Shown here: in pieces, positions 26,688-33,106 of the stretch
Position numbering within the stretch: the first letter of the stretch is position 1
Layout: each line of letters opens with the position of its first letter
NCBI GenBank assembly: GCA_964348805.1
Contig: CAYGDZ010000001.1
Span: forward strand, 1 to 33,119
Origin: an uncultured Candidatus Saccharibacteria bacterium
GTDB lineage: Bacteria > Patescibacteriota > Saccharimonadia > Saccharimonadales > Saccharimonadaceae
Direction: 5' to 3'
Length of the DNA: 33,119 nucleotides
Program-made: the position numbers and the translations under genes
Notes under the pieces: model-generated
Told to the model about the DNA's origin: nothing
What the model saw: the letters and a program-made list of their open reading frames with translations, nothing else
The model's database searches: none

Positions 26688-26737
26688 AAAAAAGACCGCT
26701 CCCGGGTGATACCATAGGTATCAGCCCGGGATTGGTC
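26688..26737 (-). terminator. intrinsic terminator of mini-unit B (minus strand)
   Basis: Hairpin GACC..CCCGGGTGATACC (26694-26713) / GGTATCAGCCCGGG..GGTC (26718-26737). On the minus strand it is followed by TTTTTT (A-run 26688-26693). Its architecture is paralogous to the unit A terminator. Confidence 0.7.
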
Positions 26738-26762
26738 ATGTCTCACGTTGACCGGCTGTGGT

Positions 26763-26849
26763 CTACGCGACGCCGACGGATGGCTTGGTGTTGAGGAGGG
26801 CAACGGCGGTGCTCCCGCGCGACGCCGGTACCGGTACTGTGTTCTTCAT
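26763..26849 (-). CDS. 28-aa mini-ORF B (MKNTVPVPASRGSTAVALLNTKPSVGVA), GC-rich, unknown function
   Basis: Read by hand. The SD GAGGTGATC (9-nt match to the anti-SD) is at 26865-26857, 7 nt before ATG 26849. A terminator lies 26 nt after the stop. By hand count it is about 65% GC, with 22 of 27 codons ending in G/C. Confidence 0.4.
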   Translation of the reverse strand: MKNTVPVPASRGSTAVALLNTKPSVGVA

Positions 26850-26921
26850 GATCTGTGATCACCTCGTTCTAGGACCGCCATCAGCGGTCGGTTTTCGGAC
26901 TTACGCCCGATTACATCAGTA

Positions 26922-26930
26922 ATTGTAGCA
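26922..26930 (-). promoter_or_regulatory. extended -10 element TGCTACAAT for mini-unit B
   Basis: The minus strand reads TGCTACAAT. The ~65-nt leader contains the hairpin GACCGC/GCGGTC before the SD. Confidence 0.5.
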
Positions 26931-26974
26931 TATATATTTAAAAGTGGGTAAATTATTTTTGGACATGAAAATAG

Positions 26975-27267
26975 GCAAGAAAAACCTTTTACAACGGATG
27001 GCGCTATTGAAAGCACCATCCGTTGTACCAACAGTAAGGTGAAGTGATCACGACTACCAAGGCCTAGAGGCGTATGGTTCATGTGATATTCCAGACTGTG
27101 CCATTTGTGTGGTCTCGTCTTACAAAATACGGAGAGATTCAATGCGTTAGCCCATCCAGGACTGACTTGCGGTCTCTTGTTGGCCGTATCTGTATGCCTT
27201 TGTGTAAGTTTTTCTTGCCATTGTTTGTTTAAACTGCGTTGAGGAGCTTTGCAGCTCAACTCGAACT
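26975..27267 (-). ncRNA. candidate ~290-nt small RNA (mini-unit X): promoter- and terminator-delimited, no convincing ORF
   Basis: It is bounded by TTTACA-17-TACACT (27302-27274) and by the 11-bp hairpin ACAACGGATGG/CCATCCGTTGT (26991-27026). On the minus strand that hairpin is followed by AAAAGGTTTTTCTT. The only ATG ORF, MARKTYTKAYRYGQQETASQSWMG, lacks an SD. It matched no ncRNA family I could recognise by eye. Confidence 0.3.
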
Positions 27268-27273
27268 AACCTT

Positions 27274-27302
27274 AGTGTATTCCTAATGCTTACGCTTGTA
27301 AA
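27274..27302 (-). promoter_or_regulatory. sigma70-type promoter TTTACA-17 nt-TACACT for mini-unit X
   Basis: On the minus strand, TTTACA is at 27302-27297, followed by a 17-nt spacer and TACACT at 27279-27274. It lies immediately downstream of the unit C terminator. Confidence 0.45.
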
Positions 27303-27320
27303 CCCTTTTTTTGTGTTTTT

Positions 27321-27349
27321 TACAAAAAAACTACCTTTGCAGGTAGTTT
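27321..27349 (-). terminator. intrinsic terminator of mini-unit C (minus strand)
   Basis: The 9-bp stem AAACTACCT (27328-27336) / AGGTAGTTT (27341-27349) runs on the minus strand into a T-tract (A-run 27324-27330 on plus). Confidence 0.7.
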
Positions 27350-27676
27350 ACAGGTGTTTTCAAGAAAATTAGACAAGGAGAAGTGTCATATCGGGTGGTG
27401 TGTGGCCTAGATATGACCACACACCACCCGCTTCACATGTCACAGAATAACAACTCACGCTAGCAGACTCGTGTGTTTTGCCCGATAGGTAGTTGTGCCG
27501 GGCAACTATCGGACGCGTCATCTGTACATGTCGGATGAAGATTGCGTGACGAGTAATCTCGCTTCAATGAGATCGCTCGCCACGCGCTGGCCAGAGGTTT
27601 TTGCTGTTGCCCCTGTGCCACCTATGTTTATCGGCTGTCTGGATAGATGGCGTCCTCTGGCACACTGGTGGGTGAT
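27350..27676 (-). other. GC-rich, hairpin-dense untranslated segment between the Gly/Arg mini-ORF stop and its terminator (long 3' UTR or separate structured RNA)
   Basis: Helices read by eye: a 14-bp perfect stem at 27392-27430; CCGATAG/CTATCGG at 27482-27512; a three-helix stack GCGTG-CGAG-ATCTC/GAGAT-CTCG-CACGC at 27544-27585; and GCCAGAGG (27590-27597)/CCTCTGGC (27654-27661) closing a 56-nt domain. No ORF here has an SD. Confidence 0.35.
27392..27430. repeat. perfect 14-bp inverted repeat (CGGGTGGTGTGTGG / CCACACACCACCCG) with 11-nt loop
   Basis: The arms at 27392-27405 and 27417-27430 are exact reverse complements. There is no adjacent U-tract on either strand. Confidence 0.8.
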
Positions 27677-27877
27677 TTAAATCCGCCCTTCACCTCCGCG
27701 CCACTTCTTCGAGCCACAACCGAGCGTTGAACGCTCTTGTTGGCCACCACCTCCGCCCGAGCGGCGATCAAAAGCGCCACCACCACCGCGTGTGCGTGAA
27801 GGTCCGGCACCACCTCCGATTTGCTCTTGGGCGCTACCACGACCACCGCAGCGGTTACTGCCACGGATCCCGATCAT
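27677..27877 (-). CDS. 66-aa glycine/arginine-rich (RGG-type) small protein
   Basis: Track ORF. The SD AAGGAGGAAG (27890-27881) lies 3 nt before ATG 27877, with 6 nt between the AAGGAGG core and the ATG. By hand count it has 23 Gly and 10 Arg in 66 residues. The Gly codons are mostly GGT, matching local usage. An overlapping 78-aa frame lacks an SD. Confidence 0.55.
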   Translation of the reverse strand: MIGIRGSNRCGGRGSAQEQIGGGAGPSRTRGGGGAFDRRSGGGGGQQERSTLGCGSKKWRGGEGRI

Positions 27878-27974
27878 ACGCTTCCTCCTTGTCTGTGCAA
27901 TTTGAGAACGAACGCCCTCAATATCACTTACTATATTAATACTCCGCAGGGTAATAGTCTATAGTAGATCCTAT

Positions 27975-28901
27975 ATGATATTGGGAATCGACGAAGTAGG
28001 GCGCGGTGCATGGGCAGGACCATTAGTTGTTGGTGCGGTTGTGTTGGGTGGCGCACAGATTGATGGGCTAACAGATAGCAAGAAGCTGACGGCCAAGCGC
28101 CGAAGGGTATTGGCAGGCGAGATCAAGGAAAGAGCAATTGCTATAGGCTTGGGCTGGGTATCGGCCGAAACAATTGATCGTATTGGTTTGTCCGAAGCCT
28201 TGAGAATGGCGACTAGGTTGGCTGTCAAAAATATTGATGTTGATTACGATGAAATCATAATAGACGGAACAATTAACCTATTAGACGATTCCAGAGTCAC
28301 AACCATAAAACAGGCGGACCTGTTAGTTCCCAGTGTTTCCGCTGCCAGTATAATCGCCAAGGTTGCTCGTGACTATTATATGAGCAACGTTATACACAAA
28401 GATTACCCACAATATGGCTTTGATAGACATGTAGGATATGGTACAGCAGTCCACTCTGGTGCATTAATTACCCACGGACCGATTTATCTGCATAGGCTCA
28501 GTTTTACACCTGTCAAAAAAGCATTAGGGTTAGAAATCTCAGTACCCCAAAAGAAAGACAAAGTTACGGCGACTACTGGTCGCAAGGCCGAAGCAGTCGC
28601 AGCTGATTACATGATGGATCTGGGTTACGAGATTTTAGAACAAAACTGGCGAACAAAGATGTGTGAAATCGATATCGTGGCAAAAAAAGACGATGCAGTA
28701 TATCTGGTAGAAGTAAAATACCGCAAAAAAGCGACCAAAGGCGATGGCCTGAGTGCGATTACCCCGGCCAAGCTAAAACAAATGAAATTCGCGGCCCGCA
28801 TGTGGCAACATTGGCGTGATTTTAGGGGTGATATACGTCTGAGCGTGATATCGATGAGCGGTCAGCCGCCTCAAGTTGATGAATTTTTAGAGAATATATG
28901 A
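27975..28901 (+). CDS. rnhB: RNase HII fused to a YraN/UPF0102-type endonuclease-like domain
   Basis: The N-terminal ~190 aa carry GIDEVGRGAWAGPLVVGAV, DSKKLT and ASIIAKVARD (RNase HII). The C-terminal ~105 aa carry GRKAEAVAADYMMDLGYEILEQNWRTKMCEIDIVAKKDDAVYLVEVKYRK (YraN family pattern). It is a single uninterrupted 308-codon frame. Confidence 0.88.
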   Translation: MILGIDEVGRGAWAGPLVVGAVVLGGAQIDGLTDSKKLTAKRRRVLAGEIKERAIAIGLGWVSAETIDRIGLSEALRMATRLAVKNIDVDYDEIIIDGTINLLDDSRVTTIKQADLLVPSVSAASIIAKVARDYYMSNVIHKDYPQYGFDRHVGYGTAVHSGALITHGPIYLHRLSFTPVKKALGLEISVPQKKDKVTATTGRKAEAVAADYMMDLGYEILEQNWRTKMCEIDIVAKKDDAVYLVEVKYRKKATKGDGLSAITPAKLKQMKFAARMWQHWRDFRGDIRLSVISMSGQPPQVDEFLENI

Positions 28902-28908
28902 GTTTCGT

Positions 28909-30177
28909 CTATGACAAATTACCAAACGCAATCGAATCACCAGCAATATCATCTGTCCCAATCATAGTTGCAGGTATTAGCGCAAAATCACCATAGCGAT
29001 CATTGACGCTATTCATAGCTCGTGAGATTGCACTGCGGTCTGCCAGCGGTCGACCAGTCAAATTCATTACCATTTGTTCAGGATTAACAGGTTTGAAATC
29101 AAAAGTTGTAACCGACAACAGGCTGACCAACCCGGCATTTTTTGGCGCCTCGCTATCAATTAGCTTGCGTGCCGCATGAAAGATATCTTGGGTAGTGATC
29201 AGCTGATGGGCTACATGATGAGATTTGTGCCAATATGGCGAGCGTACATAGCGCAGTCCAATACGTATACCATTAGCGCTAATGTCGCGATTGCTCAGCC
29301 GCCTGGCAATTTTTTGCGCCAGTTTAAAGATAATCGGGTCTAATTGATCTGGATGCAGCTTTTCTTTCAGGGCGTATTGATGACCCACTTGGCTGCCAGT
29401 TTTCCAATCACGATCGTCTATCTCCCAGCCACGCAAGCGCAGCCACCAATAATAGCCGACAATACCGCCAAAAATACCTCGCAGCCTTTGCGGATCGGCG
29501 TTAGCAAAGTCAGTAACATTTTGTATGCCACCCAAATTGAGCCGAACACTATAGCGGCGATCAATACCCGGTAGGTCTTTTAAGTCTAATCCTGCAAATA
29601 TCTGGTCCATATTATTACTATCAATAATATCCAGGCCATCGGGTTTGTGCAGTCCTGCGGCTAGCTTTGCCAGTAAACGGTTTTGGGCGATACCAACATT
29701 GCAGCTGACTGCCTCGCCAACATGTATGCGAATTTGCTCTTTTATCTCGCGGCCAATTTGTTCCATTGTCATGCCATCATTCAGCGCCTTGCTGTCAGAT
29801 AGGTCTAGCACGAATTCATCGATACTGCGCGGTGACACATCGTTTGTATAATTTTCTAGCACTTCGCGGAATAACCTATGAGCTTCACGATATTTTGGTG
29901 GATCAACTGTAGTGATATGAATAGTAGGGCAGATTTTTTTGGCTTCCCGTACACGGGTTCCCAGTTTGATGCCTAACGCCTTTGCTTCGTAACTAGCCGC
30001 CAGTATGATGCCGCCGGGATTGTCATAGGCAACAACACCAACGGGCTTACCGCGCCAATGCCGCCTGGCTTGCTGTTCAATGGTGGCAAAGCACGAATTC
30101 AGGTCAATGTGCATGATTTTTGGCTCGGCACTGTTGGTACCTAGATCAACCCGACTGGCACTATGTTTTATTGGCAT
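28909..30177 (-). CDS. Y-family DNA polymerase (UmuC-like)
   Basis: It has MHIDLNSCFATIEQ (catalytic Asp region), GKPVGVVAYDN..GIILAASYEAKALGIKLG, SIDEFVLDLS, and a C-terminal NSVNDRYGDFALIPA tail like UmuC/DUF4113. The start could be ATG 30177, a 10-nt overlap with the upstream ORF, or the internal ATG at 30114. Confidence 0.88.
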   Translation of the reverse strand: MPIKHSASRVDLGTNSAEPKIMHIDLNSCFATIEQQARRHWRGKPVGVVAYDNPGGIILAASYEAKALGIKLGTRVREAKKICPTIHITTVDPPKYREAHRLFREVLENYTNDVSPRSIDEFVLDLSDSKALNDGMTMEQIGREIKEQIRIHVGEAVSCNVGIAQNRLLAKLAAGLHKPDGLDIIDSNNMDQIFAGLDLKDLPGIDRRYSVRLNLGGIQNVTDFANADPQRLRGIFGGIVGYYWWLRLRGWEIDDRDWKTGSQVGHQYALKEKLHPDQLDPIIFKLAQKIARRLSNRDISANGIRIGLRYVRSPYWHKSHHVAHQLITTQDIFHAARKLIDSEAPKNAGLVSLLSVTTFDFKPVNPEQMVMNLTGRPLADRSAISRAMNSVNDRYGDFALIPATMIGTDDIAGDSIAFGNLS

Positions 30178-30428
30178 GGTTCGGTTTCTTCTAGCGTCCA
30201 GACCAGGCTGTGGCTGTTAAAAGCCAATTTCATATACATCGACTGCTCGTCATCTGTTAGCGAAAAATGATGTACGGTGTGATGTCCGTCACGGGTTGTG
30301 TGGTAAAAATCCACCTTGCCTAGTTTGTATTGCTTTTTGTTCCAGCGCAGCTGGACAGGTGTTAGCGGTGCTTTTTTATCACCAAATACTGCTACCACTG
30401 CTATTCGTTCATTGATTGTTAGAGACAC
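30168..30428 (-). CDS. 86-aa protein translationally coupled to the Y-family polymerase (possible accessory subunit)
   Basis: It has a GTG start with AAGGA 9 nt upstream, and its stop overlaps the polymerase ATG. The sequence pattern is PLTPVQLRWNKKQYKLGKVDFYH...YMKLAFNSHSLVWTLEE. It has no UmuD Ser-Lys dyad or cleavage site. Confidence 0.65.
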   Translation of the reverse strand: MSLTINERIAVVAVFGDKKAPLTPVQLRWNKKQYKLGKVDFYHTTRDGHHTVHHFSLTDDEQSMYMKLAFNSHSLVWTLEETEPCQ

Positions 30429-30573
30429 TTTAATAATCCTTATAGTCTAAGTTTGATTAGTTTGGGTGACGATAAGCCTAGTTATGGCACGTCGGTAAAG
30501 AATTATTAAAGCTTATTTGTAAAAATCTGTTTAAGAAGTACAAACACTGCTGTCTAATATGATATCAATTTGG

Positions 30574-33099
30574 CTACAAGGCCGCAAGGCGGTCTTTGAC
30601 AGATTTTTTATTAGCATTGATCCAGCGGGCGCGATTAGATATTTCTATTAGCCCGACTTCTATAGTTCGCTTTAACGCTATCTGGTCTGTCTTATCAGAG
30701 AAGAACTCTTCAAATTTATCCAAATATTCTTTGTCCGAGAAAGACGATGCAGAATAGAGTACAAAACTATCATAATGGTGATCACCCTCGTAGGTTTTTT
30801 CAATCCATGCCCAGTTGTCTTTTAGCCATTGCCAAGCTTCGGCCCGGGTGTGTTTGTTGCGCAAGAGGTATACGTACCACGTATCGACATCTTGTGGCTT
30901 AATGATATCGCCGTTTGTCATTAATTTTAGGAATTTTTTGGCAGTTTTTACATCTCTAGTTGAAGTCAGAGCGGCTACTATGTCACTTCTCAGATCAGCC
31001 GAAGTAGTTGTTTTGTGATAATCCATTAGGTTTTTTACGACTTTGTCTTGATTATCACCAAATCGTACCGCCACACCCATAATCATAGCTCGCAGTTCAC
31101 CGCTGAGGCTAGATATATCCCTTGCATTTTCGTAGAGCTCTAGAGCTGCTTTGATGGCATCCGGGTTTTCGCCATAGAGCATCAGGCTGATTACACTAGC
31201 CCTTAGCTTAGTTGTAGAGCTATCTTCTTCCTTTTTGGCCTTCCAGCCCAGTTCTTTGTACAAAGGATTTGCTATAGAACAAGCAAATCTCTTCAAGTGC
31301 GCCTCTAGTATATCGTCCTTTTCGGCAAAGCGCTTTAGATCAGTTAGCAGCAGCGTCATAACCTCCCATACTGACTGTAATTTTTCGTGTCGATAAGCAC
31401 CTAACAAGTCCACTAATTCAGCGGCTTCTACCGTAAAAGCTTTTGATAGCAGGCTGGCTTCGTTTAGTAGCTGTAGTTTATCAATGTTACTCAGTTCATC
31501 TAGATGCGCCAGTAGATTACCCACCAAAACGCGATCATAGTGGGTAATATAGTATGATTTACTGTCTTGGTTGAGTTTTAGGAAAGATCCTTGGTTTTGC
31601 TCGCTAATTAATGATCTGCCTTCTAGTATTTGCGGTATTTTCGGGTCATTTGCAAACAAAGGTATAGGCCATAGTTTTTCTTCACTATCTGCGCCTATGA
31701 CAAAATGTTTTTGGCTTATCTCTATTTGTCCATTTTTCCTAGTTACGCTAACAACAGGGTAACCAGGTTGAGTCAGCCATATGTTCATAAATTCACCTAA
31801 ATCTTTGCCCGACTCGGTACTTAGTGCTTCCCACAAATCATCGCCTGTTGTATTGCCGTACGCGTGCTTTTTAAAGTATTCCCTCAAGCCTCTTTTAAAT
31901 ACATCTTCACCAATATAGTGCCGTAACATATTCAGCAAGTTACCACCCTTGGCGTATACGATTGCTGGGTCGAAGATAGTGCTTATTTCATCTGGGTGGT
32001 TTACATCGGTTTTCACTGATTGTACGCCTGGCAGTGAATCACGCCGCAGGGCCATCAAAGTTTCGTGCGAGGCAAATTGATCCCAAACGTGCCACTTTGG
32101 AAACATGGCATCTACGACCACGTGTTGCATCATGTTTGCAAAGCTTTCGTTTAGCCACAGGTCGTCCCACCAAGCCATTGTCACCAAATTTCCAAACCAT
32201 TGATGCGAGGTTTCGTGGCCAATAACACTGGATATCAGTTGCTTTGTTGAGACAGCAGTTGTTTCATCAGCCAGCAAATATGCTTCGCGGTAAGTTATCA
32301 AACCCCAGTTTTCCATGGCACCACTAGAAAAGTCAGGCAGCGCAACATGGTCCGCTTTTGGCAGTGGGTATTTTATGCCAAAGTATTTGTCAAAAAACTC
32401 GATGGAACGCACAGCCGAATCTAGCGCGAACTCCATACTCGCTTTGCTCTGTGCTTTTGTAGCCCATATATTCACCACTACATTATCTTTTGTGTTTCCA
32501 GATATGCTGTGTAAATCACCGACAACAAATGCCAAAAGGTATGGCGACATTTTTGGACTAGTTTCAAAGCAGGTTGTCAGTAAATCTCCTGATTCTAACT
32601 GTTCTTTTACAGGCATATTACCCAGTACTTCGACTTTGTTTTCAGTCTTTAGGGTTAGGTCGAATGTGGCTTTTGCAGCCGGCTCATCTATACACGGAAA
32701 CGCTTCGCGTGCGTGATGTGATTCGAATTGAGTTGCAATAAGTTCTTTCTTTTTACCGCCTTCTTTGTAGTAACAGGGGTATATACCGTGCATCGCATCG
32801 GTCATTTTACCCCAGAACTCTACAACTATAACTAGCTCTTTGCTGGATATCCTTGAACTAGGCTTAATAGTGATTTCATCATCTATACCGCTGCTAATTT
32901 CGGCTGGGATAGAGTTAACCAACGCCTTCTTGATCTTTATATCCTTTGCGTGCAGCATTATTGGTGCACCAGATTTTTTCAAGCTTCCTGTTATGGTCAC
33001 TGTGCCTTTGAACTTGCGGGTGAGTCTGGTGGAAACATCCAGCTGCAGTGCGTAATGGTCAGGCTGGAAATTATCGGTCAATCTGTTTACTTTTTTCAT
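30574..33099 (-). CDS. pepN: M1-family aminopeptidase N
   Basis: 841 aa with the GAMENWG exopeptidase motif, the HETSHQWFGNLVTMAWWDDLWLNESFA zinc site (HExxH-x18-E), and an ERAP1-like C-terminal helical domain. Confidence 0.93.
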   Translation of the reverse strand: MKKVNRLTDNFQPDHYALQLDVSTRLTRKFKGTVTITGSLKKSGAPIMLHAKDIKIKKALVNSIPAEISSGIDDEITIKPSSRISSKELVIVVEFWGKMTDAMHGIYPCYYKEGGKKKELIATQFESHHAREAFPCIDEPAAKATFDLTLKTENKVEVLGNMPVKEQLESGDLLTTCFETSPKMSPYLLAFVVGDLHSISGNTKDNVVVNIWATKAQSKASMEFALDSAVRSIEFFDKYFGIKYPLPKADHVALPDFSSGAMENWGLITYREAYLLADETTAVSTKQLISSVIGHETSHQWFGNLVTMAWWDDLWLNESFANMMQHVVVDAMFPKWHVWDQFASHETLMALRRDSLPGVQSVKTDVNHPDEISTIFDPAIVYAKGGNLLNMLRHYIGEDVFKRGLREYFKKHAYGNTTGDDLWEALSTESGKDLGEFMNIWLTQPGYPVVSVTRKNGQIEISQKHFVIGADSEEKLWPIPLFANDPKIPQILEGRSLISEQNQGSFLKLNQDSKSYYITHYDRVLVGNLLAHLDELSNIDKLQLLNEASLLSKAFTVEAAELVDLLGAYRHEKLQSVWEVMTLLLTDLKRFAEKDDILEAHLKRFACSIANPLYKELGWKAKKEEDSSTTKLRASVISLMLYGENPDAIKAALELYENARDISSLSGELRAMIMGVAVRFGDNQDKVVKNLMDYHKTTTSADLRSDIVAALTSTRDVKTAKKFLKLMTNGDIIKPQDVDTWYVYLLRNKHTRAEAWQWLKDNWAWIEKTYEGDHHYDSFVLYSASSFSDKEYLDKFEEFFSDKTDQIALKRTIEVGLIEISNRARWINANKKSVKDRLAAL

Positions 33100-33106
33100 A
33101 CGTACT

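Noticed and set aside
26349-26689. Plus-strand ORFs 26349..26600 (83 aa) and 26414..26689 (91 aa)
   Set aside because: These are open frames expected by chance in a locally 65% GC stretch. They have no SD, and on the plus strand they would run through the minus-oriented promoter. The G/C third-position skew and the SD plus ATG support the minus-strand 47-aa frame.
26846-27259. 137-aa minus-strand ORF from the track
   Set aside because: It starts at a TTG without an SD. It runs straight through the unit X terminator hairpin and the unit B promoter and leader, and stops exactly at the ATG of mini-ORF B. Its composition is rich in Cys, His and Trp and looks random. I interpret the region as a non-coding or sRNA unit instead.
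27495-27939. Alternative ORFs 27495..27680 (+), 27628..27864 (-) and 27727..27939 (+) around the Gly/Arg ORF
   Set aside because: None has an SD or plausible promoter context. They are shadow frames of GC-rich GGN/CGN repeats. Only the 27677..27877 frame has AAGGAGG at ideal spacing.
26306-27974. The GC-heterogeneous gap as a prophage remnant, integrative element or IS
   Set aside because: There is no integrase, transposase or recombinase ORF, no flanking direct repeats or terminal inverted repeats that I could find, and no tRNA attachment site.
26260-27975. Known housekeeping RNAs (tRNA, tmRNA, RNase P RNA, SRP RNA, 6S) or a CRISPR array in the gap
   Set aside because: I searched both strands by eye. 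I looked for T-arm GGTTCGAATCC-like motifs, a CCACCA-terminated tmRNA acceptor with a tag ORF, GGAAAGTCCGG and ACAGAACCCGGCTTA (RNase P), and GGAAGCAGCC (SRP). None was present. The hairpins are not repeated at regular spacing, so it is not a CRISPR array. This is a by-eye search only and Infernal should be run.
30429-30573. SOS (LexA) operator upstream of the UmuC-like operon
   Set aside because: I found no CGAAC-N4-GTTCG (Cheo-type) or CTGT-N8-ACAG (E. coli-type) palindrome. CTGTTTAAGAAGTACAAACA only loosely resembles the latter. The LexA motif of this lineage is unknown to me, so absence is not conclusive.
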